From: Candidatus Micrarchaeia archaeon
GTDB taxonomy: Archaea; Micrarchaeota; Micrarchaeia; CAILAH01
Length of the DNA stretch: 13,335 nucleotides
Assembly (NCBI GenBank): GCA_049970015.1
Contig: JBMFNT010000022.1
Coordinates: 1 to 13,335, forward strand
Direction of reading: 5' to 3'
The position numbers and the translations under genes were made by a program. Of the stretch, positions 1 to 8,381 are shown piece by piece. Each line of letters begins with the position of its first letter. The stretch's first letter is position 1. The notes beneath the pieces are model-generated. The model was not told the DNA's origin. It ran no database searches and worked only from the letters and a program-made list of their open reading frames with translations.

Positions 1-77
1 ACTGAGGGGGGATACTTCCCCCCGCGGTTGTCTTCCCAAGGAAACCGGTAGGGGGTGGAACCCCCTGCGGTTGGCTT
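1..77 (-). other. Structured insert (putative long intron or split-tRNA trailer) in tRNA-Val(CAC), truncated by the window edge
   Basis: After anticodon CAC-A the expected 3' anticodon stem GCGAG is absent. The sense strand reads AAGCCAACCGC-AGGGGG-TTCCA-CCCCCT-ACCGGTTTCCTTGGG-AAGACAACCGC-GGGGGG-AAGTAT-CCCCCC-TCAGT. Confidence 0.7.
5..77. repeat. Two tandem hairpin units with a 43-nt period
   Basis: On the + strand, AGGGGG(G)-loop-CCCCC[C/T]-GCGGTTG-N-CTT occurs at 5-34 and 50-77. GCGGTTG lies at 24-30 and 67-73. Confidence 0.8.
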
Positions 78-114
78 TGTGAGGCGAGCGTCTTAACCAC
101 TCGACTACAGGCCC
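78..114 (-). tRNA. tRNA-Val(CAC), 5' exon (positions 1-37)
   Basis: Reverse complement GGGCCTG TA GTCG AGTGGTTA AGAC G CTCGC CT CAC A gives the acceptor 5' strand, a D-arm with GG, the 5' anticodon stem and anticodon CAC (81-79). The 3' exon is not in the window. Confidence 0.85.
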
Positions 115-132
115 ATTTGATTGATATTAATT

Positions 133-150
133 GAGAAAATTTATTTAATT
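133..150. promoter_or_regulatory. Shared BRE/TATA-like element for divergent tRNA-Val and the m5C methyltransferase operon
   Basis: GAGAAAATTTATTTAATT lies about 28-34 nt from the tRNA 5' G (114) and about 29-37 nt from ATG 177. Confidence 0.5.
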
Positions 151-176
151 CATATTCCTGAAATTCCCTGGTTTTG

Positions 177-971
177 ATGGTCTACATACGCTGCAATTCA
201 TTACGAATGGGTTATGATGAATTTCGTAATAGGATGTCTAAATATAATGTTGAGCCGGTTGATTGGTACAAGTATGCATTCTTTGTTGATTCCTATAATG
301 TTAGCAAGACGATCGAGTACATGCTTGGTTATTTTTATGTACAATCATTATCCTCTATGGTACCAGTATTTTTGCTGAACCCATTACCAAATGATGTGTT
401 GCTTGACCTTTGTGCAGCACCTGGCAGCAAGGCTACCCAGGCCGCAATGCATATGCAGAACAAAGGAATATTAGTAGCAAATGATGCGTCTTACATGCGG
501 CTTAAGAGTCTTGTGAGCCATATAGATAGGCTAGGCATAACAAACATTGTGGTTACAAACTATGATGGCAGTAAGTTTCCAGGCAATATGAAATTCACAA
601 AAGTACTTGTTGATGCACCTTGCAGCAGCCTTGGTTCACGCAAGGCAGTTTACGATTATTCACAAAACCGTATCAACTCACTTTCGCGTTTGCAAAAATC
701 ATTGATTTTGAGAGGTTATGATTTACTCATCGATGGTGGCACGCTTGTATACTCCACTTGTACAACCACGATGGAAGAGAACGAGATGGTTATAGAACAT
801 TTGCTTTCAAAACGGGATGATGCGATAGTTGAAAATATCTCTTTACCATTTCCAAGTGAGAATGGGATTTCCAGTAATAGTGCAGTTGATGATTTTGTGA
901 GGCGTTTTGAGCTTGACGAGAAATTTTTTGTTGCAAAGATAAAGAAGGGTGGTATGCATGGGAGTGTTTGA
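177..971 (+). CDS. RsmB/NOP (NOL1/NOP2/Sun, NSUN-type) RNA cytosine-C5 methyltransferase
   Basis: Motifs FYVQSLSSM, LDLCAAPGSK (SAM binding), VLVDAPCS (motif IV Cys) and LVYSTCT..EENE (catalytic motif VI Cys). ATG at 177 follows a TTG at 174. Confidence 0.93.
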   Translation: MVYIRCNSLRMGYDEFRNRMSKYNVEPVDWYKYAFFVDSYNVSKTIEYMLGYFYVQSLSSMVPVFLLNPLPNDVLLDLCAAPGSKATQAAMHMQNKGILVANDASYMRLKSLVSHIDRLGITNIVVTNYDGSKFPGNMKFTKVLVDAPCSSLGSRKAVYDYSQNRINSLSRLQKSLILRGYDLLIDGGTLVYSTCTTTMEENEMVIEHLLSKRDDAIVENISLPFPSENGISSNSAVDDFVRRFELDEKFFVAKIKKGGMHGSV

Positions 972-1389
972 AAGTTATATTGTGAAACGTTTTGGGATTT
1001 ATGTTGGTAACGATCATTTTTTTGATGAAAAGAAAAACAAGGTTTATGTTTGCAGTTCAAGCATAAATGAAGTGAGCTATGGCCGTGTGCAGAGGAGGGG
1101 AATGCTCGCAGGTAAACTTAACTCTTTGTACGGCACAAAACCATCTTTAGATTTTGTCTTGGCCTTTGGGCATCTCGCCACAAAAAATTATGTTGTGCTT
1201 GAAGAGCGCTTGATCAATGAATTATATTGCGGCGCAAATGTAGCCATACCATCTTATGCTAAATGTGAAGATGGGCTGGTCATTGTAAAGGGTAGTGATG
1301 GTATGGGGAAAGCAGTATGTCTTAATAAAAGAGGCATTTTGTATTCCTTGGTTCAAAAAGACAGGAAATTGGATGGTTATAAACTTTAA
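958..1389 (+). CDS. Small protein, probably a PUA/Nip7- or RsmF C-terminal-like RNA-binding partner of the methyltransferase
   Basis: Overlaps the methyltransferase stop, with SD-like GGGTGG at 947-952 before ATG 958. The pattern RRGMLAGK...KPSLDF...GHLATKNYVVL...LYCGANV...GLVIVK resembles RsmF C-terminal/PUA regions (recognised by eye). Confidence 0.55.
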   Translation: MGVFESYIVKRFGIYVGNDHFFDEKKNKVYVCSSSINEVSYGRVQRRGMLAGKLNSLYGTKPSLDFVLAFGHLATKNYVVLEERLINELYCGANVAIPSYAKCEDGLVIVKGSDGMGKAVCLNKRGILYSLVQKDRKLDGYKL

Positions 1390-1413
1390 TGTGATTATTT
1401 GTGTGGTGATCTG

Positions 1414-2184
1414 ATGCGCATAGGTAAGGTTGAGCAGTACTTAACAGACAAGATAGAAAATGGCAGTGCAATACTTTCTATCGTGATTGACCCGGTGGAT
1501 TATCAATCCCCAGATATTGCAATTAGGACAGGGATTTCTGCTGCCGAGGCTGGTGCAGACATTATTGCCATAGGTGGTTCCACAAGTGTGCAGGGAGAGC
1601 TTCTTGACAGCGTTGCCAAAGAAATAAAGGAAAATATCTCAGTACCAATAATTTTATTTCCTGGAAATGTTGGCACTATTACACGGTATGCGGATGCGAT
1701 CTATTTTCTTACATTATTGAATTCAAGAAACCCATACTGGCTGGGACAGGCGCAGATGTTAGGCGCGCCAATTATACGCCAGTATAACATAGAGTCAATC
1801 CCGACTGCGTATATAGTTGTTGAGCCGGGTGGAACTGTGGGGTGGATTGGAGATGCAAAACTGATTCCGAGGAATAAGCCCAAGATCGCAGCTGCGCTTG
1901 CACTGACAGGTGAACTAGCAGGCAATCATTTAGTATTTACAGATGCAGGGTCTGCGAGCGAGTTAGGCCCAATACCTCCTGAGATGGTTCGTGCAGTGCG
2001 TAAGGCCACAACTTTGCCGTACATGGTTGCAGGTGGCATAAGAACTATTGATGAAGCGCGTGACATTGTACGGGCAGGTGCAGATATGATCCAGATTGGA
2101 ACTGTTGTTGAGAATATATCTGATGTTGAGAAGAAGGTAAATGCATTTTCAAAGACGATAAATGATGCAAAGAAGGGTAAGTAA
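1414..2184 (+). CDS. Geranylgeranylglyceryl phosphate (GGGP) synthase, group II type
   Basis: Motifs VIDP, IGGS, PIILFPG, ADA..FLTLLNS.NPYW, AYIVVEPGG and GGIR.....GAD.IQIGT. SD GGTGAT at 1405-1410 precedes ATG 1414. Confidence 0.92.
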   Translation: MRIGKVEQYLTDKIENGSAILSIVIDPVDYQSPDIAIRTGISAAEAGADIIAIGGSTSVQGELLDSVAKEIKENISVPIILFPGNVGTITRYADAIYFLTLLNSRNPYWLGQAQMLGAPIIRQYNIESIPTAYIVVEPGGTVGWIGDAKLIPRNKPKIAAALALTGELAGNHLVFTDAGSASELGPIPPEMVRAVRKATTLPYMVAGGIRTIDEARDIVRAGADMIQIGTVVENISDVEKKVNAFSKTINDAKKGK

Positions 2185-2195
2185 GGTGTTTAACA

Positions 2196-2597
2196 ATGTT
2201 TGAGTTCCAGATTACAACTTCTGGCAAGCATGAAATAGTTGATATTACAGGCAAGGTTGAAACTGTTGTTAGGGAGATGGGTGTGGAGGAGGGTATATGT
2301 GTTGTTTATGTACCTCACGCTACATCTGCACTCATCATAAATGAGTATGAGCCAAACCTCGAGCAGGATATGTTAAGGATGTTTGAACATATCATTAAAG
2401 AGGATAACGATTATGCGCACAACAAAATAGATGATAATGCAACTGCACATTTGAGAAGTGCTCTTTTTGGCCCATCTGTTGTTCTTTTGATTTCCGGAGG
2501 TCTTCTTAAGCTGGGTACGTGGCAGAGAATACTTCTGTGCGAATTTGATGGGCCACGAAAAAGAACTGTTTATGTACATGTATTAGGCAAACCATGA
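2196..2597 (+). CDS. yjbQ: YjbQ family protein (secondary thiamine-phosphate synthase, UPF0047)
   Basis: Motifs DIT, VPHATSALIINE, YAH..DDNATAH and LGTWQ.I.LCEFDGPRKR. Confidence 0.93.
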   Translation: MFEFQITTSGKHEIVDITGKVETVVREMGVEEGICVVYVPHATSALIINEYEPNLEQDMLRMFEHIIKEDNDYAHNKIDDNATAHLRSALFGPSVVLLISGGLLKLGTWQRILLCEFDGPRKRTVYVHVLGKP

Positions 2598-2644
2598 CAT
2601 ACCCCCTAAAAGATGTGGGCAAGCATGTTGGATTTCTCGCTCAC

Positions 2645-2658
2645 AAAAGGTTAAAAAG
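2645..2658 (+). promoter_or_regulatory. Putative BRE/TATA for elp3
   Basis: AAAAGGTTAAAAA lies about 30 nt upstream of ATG 2688. Confidence 0.4.
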
Positions 2659-2687
2659 CGCAATCATCTAAATTGGTTGCTGATTAT

Positions 2688-4277
2688 ATGACTGATAGTG
2701 GCGAATGTGTAAACAACCGTTTGATGGCCATAGATGAGATCCTGGATGCAATTATTGTAAATAAGGATGCAGATATTGAGAGGTTGAAAAGAAAGGTATG
2801 TGATAAGTACCATTTACCAATATTTATACGTAATTCTGAGTTGATACAACGTGCACGTTTTAGAAATCTAAATATACGATTGGACGTGCTACGAAAAAGA
2901 CCTATGCGAACAATAAGCGGTATAGCAAACATTGCAATAATGAGCATGAGTGATTGTCCTCATGGCAGGTGCACATACTGTCCTAAAGGTAAATATGCTC
3001 CCAATTCATACACAGGGTTTGAGCCGGCGACAATGCGCGGTATCCAGAACATGTTTGATGCTGGTAGGCAGGTTAGGGCACGCATAAACCAGTTATTTGA
3101 AATTGGACATCCCACTGATAAATGCGAGATCATTATACAGGGAGGCACATTCCTTTCACAGCCACAGGAGTATCAGGACAAATTTATTTTAGATATGTAT
3201 AATGCTCTTAATGAGCATCCTTGTACTTCGATTGAGGAAGCGATCCACAGGAACGAGTCTGCAGTCCACAGATGCGTTGGTTTGACTATAGAGACCAGGC
3301 CAGACTGGTGTAAGGAAGCGCATATAAACTCAATGCTCAGGTTTGGTACAACACGTGTGGAGATAGGTGTGCAGACGCTTGATCAGAGTATACTTGCCAG
3401 AACAAACAGAGGACATTCTATAGAGGATGTGTGGGAATCAACCCGCCTTGCAAAGGATTTCTTACTTAAGGTTTGTTATCACATGATGCCAGGCTTATAT
3501 TCAAACCCTCAGAGAGATGTAGAGATGTTTCGTGAATTGTTCAATGATGACAAATACAAACCAGATATGCTAAAGATATATCCATTGCTTATAATGAAAG
3601 GTACAAAGATGTATGAAGAGTGGAAGGAAGGAAAGATAAGGCCATATTCTAGTGAAGAATCTGCAGAGGTGATCTCTGAAGCATATAGATATATTCCATA
3701 CTATGTGCGTGTCATGCGAATACAGAGGGATATTCCAGCATATCTAATAGAAGATGGCGTTAAAAAAAGCAACTTGAGACAGATTGTTGAGGATAAGATT
3801 GTCAAAAAAGGGATAATACCTCAGGAGATACGTTATCGGGAGTTTGGTCTTAATGTGTTGAAGAGAAAGATTGATTACACGGATCTCTCACCTGAGCTAA
3901 TGATCCGAAAATATAAGGCAAGTGATGGGGAGGAATATTTCATAAGTTTTGAGGATAAAAAAACAGGGCTGATTTTTGCATTCCTCAGGTTAAGAAAACC
4001 TTCGACATGTATGCGCAGTGAGATAACTGAAAATTCTGCTGGCATACGCGAGCTTCATGTTTATGGGCATATGCAACAGATCGGAAAGCGTGAAGATGGC
4101 CCAACAGTTGTTCAGCATATGGGCTTTGGCAGGCGGCTTTTGGAAGAAGCTGAGAGAATATCTAGAGATGAACTGGACTGTAATAAACTATTAGTAATAA
4201 GCGGGGTTGGTGTACGAGGATACTATAGAAAACTCGGTTATACATTAGATGGGCCGTACATGTCAAAACATATTTAA
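2688..4277 (+). CDS. elp3: Elp3 tRNA wobble uridine(34) acetyl/carboxymethyl-transferase (radical SAM plus KAT domain)
   Basis: RTISG, CPHGRCTYCP (Elp3 CX4CX2C), SYTGFEPA, GGTF, ETRPD, RVEIGVQ, RIQRDIP, RELHVYG, QHMGFG and ISGVGVRGYYRKLGY. The start could be 2688 or 2724. Confidence 0.97.
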   Translation: MTDSGECVNNRLMAIDEILDAIIVNKDADIERLKRKVCDKYHLPIFIRNSELIQRARFRNLNIRLDVLRKRPMRTISGIANIAIMSMSDCPHGRCTYCPKGKYAPNSYTGFEPATMRGIQNMFDAGRQVRARINQLFEIGHPTDKCEIIIQGGTFLSQPQEYQDKFILDMYNALNEHPCTSIEEAIHRNESAVHRCVGLTIETRPDWCKEAHINSMLRFGTTRVEIGVQTLDQSILARTNRGHSIEDVWESTRLAKDFLLKVCYHMMPGLYSNPQRDVEMFRELFNDDKYKPDMLKIYPLLIMKGTKMYEEWKEGKIRPYSSEESAEVISEAYRYIPYYVRVMRIQRDIPAYLIEDGVKKSNLRQIVEDKIVKKGIIPQEIRYREFGLNVLKRKIDYTDLSPELMIRKYKASDGEEYFISFEDKKTGLIFAFLRLRKPSTCMRSEITENSAGIRELHVYGHMQQIGKREDGPTVVQHMGFGRRLLEEAERISRDELDCNKLLVISGVGVRGYYRKLGYTLDGPYMSKHI

Positions 4278-4282
4278 TTAGA

Positions 4283-6184
4283 TCAAAGCATTTTGAGAAG
4301 CGCTTGTTTTTTTGCGGAATTGCGAAGTGCATGCTGCAAAACTTCTTTGAATGTTTTTACAGGAATGATACGCACCTTCTTCAATTTCTTCTTACTCAGC
4401 ACGACATCCTCCCTATTGCTGAACGGTATTATAACCTCTCTCATCCCGGCATCTATAGCAGCCTCAACCTTGGCAGTAATCCCTCCAACCGGGAGTACCT
4501 CCCCACGCACGCTGAGCGAACCTGTCATAGCAATATCCTGTTTTATAGGTATATTTTCAAGCGCAGAGATCACCGCACAAGCAATGCTTATGCTTGCACT
4601 GTCCCCTTCAACACCTTCATATGTCTGAAGAAATTGTATATGAATATCCTTGTTTTCTATTGTGCTACCCATATGCTTTTTTATGATTGCCGAAACATTC
4701 TCAACAGCTTCTTTTGCAATCTCACCCAGTTTACCTGTTGCGATTATACGATTTTCTTGTCTTGAACTTGCTGCACCTATCTCTGCTTCTATTGGAAGGA
4801 TTAGGCCAGAGTTTCCATCACCAATGACGGCAAGCCCATTAACTTTTCCAACAGAGTACCCTTTGCTTGAAAACACCTCATATTCCTTTTTGAATTCCAC
4901 AATCTTGTTTGCAATCTGCTGCTCAAGAGATGATGCAACCGTTTGAGCTTGAACAACCTCCTCAACATCAACAATATTTTTTTTGTGATCTACTGCAATA
5001 TCTCCAGCTGCGCGGACAATGCCCCCAAGCTCTCTCAATCTTAGTGTAAGTTTTCCTTTTCTCCCAGACATCTTCCTTGCAATCCTGATAATCTCCTCAA
5101 TAGCCTCATTGGAGAAATGAGGTATCTTTCCATCTTTTACAACCTCTTGTGCAACAAACCTTGCAATCTTTGCCTGATTTTCCTTAGTATCATCCATCGT
5201 ATCATTTATGTATATCTCGTACCCATAACCTTTGATCCTTGACCTAAGTGCGGGATGTATTTTTGACATGTCTTGCAGGTTACCAGCAGCCACGAGCAGG
5301 AAGTCGCAGGGTACTGGCTCTGTCCTGACAAGCGCACCAGAGCTTTGCTCGCTTTGACCTGTTATTGCAAACTTTTTGTTTTGCATTGCGGATAATAAGT
5401 CCTGTTGTGATTTTGGGCTTAGCATTGCAATCTCATCTATGTACAGCACCCCTTTGTTAGCCCTATGTATTGCCCCAGCTTCGACCCGTAGATGGGCTGG
5501 CGTGCCAAGTCCTCCTGATTGCAATGGGTCATGTTTCACATCACCGAATAATGCACCAGCTTTTGTACCAGTTGCCTCAATGAAAGGGGCAGTCCTCCTG
5601 AAGCTATTGTCCACAATAAGCTTGGGCTCATTGTACACTCCTATTTGTGATATCTTCTTTGATAGCTGTGAAACGAACATCCATACTGCTGTCAATATAA
5701 ATATCCCAAGCACTGCAGCAGCGATTATATTGGCAGCGCCTTCCCCAACCTGCTGGTATACAAAACTTGCCACCAATAATATACCTATTATAAGCAATAT
5801 GATTCCTAATGGCGAGATTGAGGTTGTAGTCTGCATCATTGCATTCTTTCTTGCCTCGTGCAGTATTCTTCTACCCTGTCCCACAACATTCTTGTTTATG
5901 TCCTCTTTGTTTAGGTATGTCTTCACGACGCGTATTTTTGGGTTATTTTCATCGTCCGGGTTTGGGTAGACGAGCACATCTTCCAACTCTTCTGAAGGCA
6001 AAAGCTCGGACATTGCCTGTGCAAGCATACTCTTACCCGTGCCCGGGGGCCCAACAAGCAGGATATGCCTTTTTTGCTTTGCCGCTTTCTTGATCAACTC
6101 AACAGATTTCTCTTGTCCAATAACCTGATCAATAAGCTTTTCTGGAATGTGGATTTCGGCAGTGCTTTTCTGTACATATCTCAA
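4283..6184 (-). CDS. lonB: Archaeal membrane-anchored ATP-dependent protease LonB
   Basis: IDQVIGQE, Walker A GPPGTGKS, two hydrophobic TM segments inserted in the AAA+ domain, Walker [14 protein letters not shown] and the catalytic GDSAS...PVGGITAK Ser-Lys dyad. TTG start with SD GGTGG at 6195-6191. Confidence 0.97.
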   Translation of the reverse strand: MRYVQKSTAEIHIPEKLIDQVIGQEKSVELIKKAAKQKRHILLVGPPGTGKSMLAQAMSELLPSEELEDVLVYPNPDDENNPKIRVVKTYLNKEDINKNVVGQGRRILHEARKNAMMQTTTSISPLGIILLIIGILLVASFVYQQVGEGAANIIAAAVLGIFILTAVWMFVSQLSKKISQIGVYNEPKLIVDNSFRRTAPFIEATGTKAGALFGDVKHDPLQSGGLGTPAHLRVEAGAIHRANKGVLYIDEIAMLSPKSQQDLLSAMQNKKFAITGQSEQSSGALVRTEPVPCDFLLVAAGNLQDMSKIHPALRSRIKGYGYEIYINDTMDDTKENQAKIARFVAQEVVKDGKIPHFSNEAIEEIIRIARKMSGRKGKLTLRLRELGGIVRAAGDIAVDHKKNIVDVEEVVQAQTVASSLEQQIANKIVEFKKEYEVFSSKGYSVGKVNGLAVIGDGNSGLILPIEAEIGAASSRQENRIIATGKLGEIAKEAVENVSAIIKKHMGSTIENKDIHIQFLQTYEGVEGDSASISIACAVISALENIPIKQDIAMTGSLSVRGEVLPVGGITAKVEAAIDAGMREVIIPFSNREDVVLSKKKLKKVRIIPVKTFKEVLQHALRNSAKKQALLKML

Positions 6185-6219
6185 TCATTACCACCGTAAG
6201 TTTCTATATCATATTTAGA

Positions 6220-6286
6220 ACATTTATATAACTGCTTTCTATTTATTGGTTGCCCCTCATCTTAATTTAGTAATAATTTTATAAAC
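6220..6286. promoter_or_regulatory. Divergent TATA boxes for lonB and tfb
   Basis: TTTATATAA at about 6223-6231 and TTTTATAAA at about 6277-6285. The latter is about 22-30 nt before tfb ATG 6307, which is leaderless-type spacing. Confidence 0.5.
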
Positions 6287-6306
6287 TTTACGATTATGTT
6301 TATTCC

Positions 6307-7251
6307 ATGGCTAATTCAAGTAAGAGGGATAGCACGTCTTCTCAAGGAACAAGGCAACTGGTATGTCCTAATTGCGGGAGTAGGAGGATAGCACGTGACT
6401 ATGAGCATGGGGAGATAGTGTGCGTTGATTGTGGCCTTGTGATTGATGAGCACATGCTAGAGCTGGGTGCTGAATGGAGGGTATACTCTAGTGAAGAGCT
6501 GAAATCTAAAGCAAGGGGGGGCTCCCCCATAAAATACATCCGACCGGACAAAGGCCTTACAACTGAGATCGACCTTTACAACCGTGACATACGTGGTGTA
6601 AAAATATCTGGTAAGAAGGTTGCGCAATTGTCACGGATAAGGAAGTGGCACAAGCGCACCTCAATTTCTACCTCAATAGAAAGAAACCTTGCAATAGCGC
6701 TTAACGAGTTGGATAGGATGGCATCCTACTTAGGCTTGTCAAAAGAGGTACGTGAGGATGCCGCGTTCATGTACAGACAGGTTGCTGAGAAAGGTCTTGT
6801 AAGGGGGCGCCTTATAGAAAATGTGGTAAGTGCAGTATTGTATGCCACTTGTAGAAAGCATGGCATACCCAGGACGCTTGATGAGGTTGCCCAAGCATCA
6901 GGGGTTGATAGAAAAGAGATTGGAAGGACATTTAGGTTCATAGCAAGCGAGCTTAACATTAAGGTGCCACTGGGTGGTCCAGAACAGCTCATACCCCGTG
7001 CAATTGCACGACTTAGGCTGTCTAAAAAGACTGGTGACAAGATTAATGAGCTCTACAAAAAAGCAGTGGAAAAAGATCTGATTATTGGAAGAGGGCCGCA
7101 AGGTATGATAGCAGCTATAGTATACATTGCTTGCGAGCTTAACAATGAAAAAAGAACACAGAATGAGATTGCCGAGGCGTTGGGGGTAACTGAGGTTACA
7201 ATAAGGAACAGGTATAAGGAAATAGCAAGAAAGATAGGCCTAAAGATCTAA
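6307..7251 (+). CDS. tfb: Transcription initiation factor IIB (TFB)
   Basis: Zn ribbon CPNC..CVDCG, B-reader GAEWR, ERNL, GLVRGR, PRTLDE and a C-terminal HTH TQNEIAEALGVTEVTIRNRYKEI. Confidence 0.97.
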   Translation: MANSSKRDSTSSQGTRQLVCPNCGSRRIARDYEHGEIVCVDCGLVIDEHMLELGAEWRVYSSEELKSKARGGSPIKYIRPDKGLTTEIDLYNRDIRGVKISGKKVAQLSRIRKWHKRTSISTSIERNLAIALNELDRMASYLGLSKEVREDAAFMYRQVAEKGLVRGRLIENVVSAVLYATCRKHGIPRTLDEVAQASGVDRKEIGRTFRFIASELNIKVPLGGPEQLIPRAIARLRLSKKTGDKINELYKKAVEKDLIIGRGPQGMIAAIVYIACELNNEKRTQNEIAEALGVTEVTIRNRYKEIARKIGLKI

Positions 7252-8330
7252 TCCTTTCCAGCAGCCATTATTTCTTTGATTGTAGCATTTGTCCTTATTA
7301 TCCAGCTTTTGTAATGTGTTTGCGCGGCCTCAAACCCACACTCTTTCAGCTTATCTATGATACATTTAGTTGAAGGCACATGTTTTCCACTAAATACTTT
7401 GTGTAGATCATAGCACATGCCAGGAAAGTTCTCATATTCTATCTTGTCAAGCAACCTGAGTTCCTCTTCCGTGTGCCTGTACCCTCTTCTTGCAATCTCT
7501 TTTTTGACCTGACCGATAAATCCACTACTGTTCAGCAGCCCTCTCCAGAATGGCCCATACACACCACTCTTTTTCCCACAGAGGTTACAGGTGCTGGATT
7601 CACCAGGCTCAATATACCACCTGTTGAAGCAGTTTGCGCAGTATGCTAGGTTTCCTGTAAGGTCTGCAGACATATCACAAGATTTTGCACTCCGCACATA
7701 CTCAAAAAATACTTTCAGATAATGTTTGTGTGACAGTGAAAATATTGGAAGAACAGCAATGTTTTTTTCCATAAACGTATTATGTATTTTTGATATAAGT
7801 ATTCTTAGCCCATTCTCGTGTACATTCTCTGCACGTAATTGTACTGAGCCATATTCACGTCTACATGCGCGGACTTCAGGGCCACATAGCACAGCTGTGT
7901 CAGTGGCAGTTACAGAGAAGAACCCTCTCTTTTTCCAAGAGCACGACTCAGATAATGCGCACAGATACGGCACGGGTGTTCCGAACGGGTCAATCTCAAC
8001 AAAATCAAAATTGTTTTCCATGAGAAAATGTTTAATATCACGGTTCACTACCCGTATGTTCTTCATTTTGTTGAGGTGTATATTTCTACGTATATTGTTG
8101 CATGCTTTCCTGCTAATGTCCACTGCATACACAACATCAACGTGAGGGTTTTCTTTCTTAACACGTATTGCCTTTATACCTGTTGCGGAATGGCCATCAC
8201 AAAAATTCGTTATTGCGATACACCCAATAGCGGCACTCAGGATATCCCTGCTGATCTCCATCTCTGGGTTGTAGAATACTCCTTTATCTGCTTTTATGCA
8301 CACACTTCCTTCTTTTATGTAGCCAGTCAT
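7248..8330 (-). CDS. trm1: tRNA (guanine(26)-N2)-dimethyltransferase Trm1
   Basis: VFYNPEM..SRD, SATGIKAIR, IDPFGTP, VTATDTAVLCG, HENGLRIL, Zn finger CANC/CNLC, GPFW.G and IRTNA. Start moved to ATG 8330 because the upstream extension in the ORF track overlaps the divergent gene. Confidence 0.95.
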   Translation of the reverse strand: MTGYIKEGSVCIKADKGVFYNPEMEISRDILSAAIGCIAITNFCDGHSATGIKAIRVKKENPHVDVVYAVDISRKACNNIRRNIHLNKMKNIRVVNRDIKHFLMENNFDFVEIDPFGTPVPYLCALSESCSWKKRGFFSVTATDTAVLCGPEVRACRREYGSVQLRAENVHENGLRILISKIHNTFMEKNIAVLPIFSLSHKHYLKVFFEYVRSAKSCDMSADLTGNLAYCANCFNRWYIEPGESSTCNLCGKKSGVYGPFWRGLLNSSGFIGQVKKEIARRGYRHTEEELRLLDKIEYENFPGMCYDLHKVFSGKHVPSTKCIIDKLKECGFEAAQTHYKSWIIRTNATIKEIMAAGKD

Positions 8331-8346
8331 CAGATGTATGAGCCCT

Positions 8347-8363
8347 GTAATAATTAAAAATAT
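8347..8363. promoter_or_regulatory. Single AT-rich element probably serving divergent trm1 and MBL nuclease-cca
   Basis: TAATAATTAAAAATATA sits near the middle of a 51-bp gap between ATG 8330(-) and ATG 8382(+). Confidence 0.5.
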
Positions 8364-8381
8364 ACCTAACGAATAGAAATC

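Noticed and set aside
1..77. Repeat units as a CRISPR array
   Set aside because: Only two imperfect units with a short linker, attached to a tRNA exon, and no cas genes in the window.
2636..2649. CTCGCTCACAAAAG upstream of elp3 resembles the tRNA-Val junction CTCGCCTCACAAAG
   Set aside because: A short match that needs indels and has no flanking tRNA structure, so it is plausibly chance.
4293..6093. Several + strand ORFs (up to 197 aa) inside lonB, and similar antisense or alternate-frame ORFs in other genes
   Set aside because: Shadow ORFs fully overlapping well-supported conserved genes, with no recognisable motifs.
7248..7251. Overlapping stop codons of convergent tfb and trm1
   Set aside because: A common feature of compact genomes and not informative on its own.
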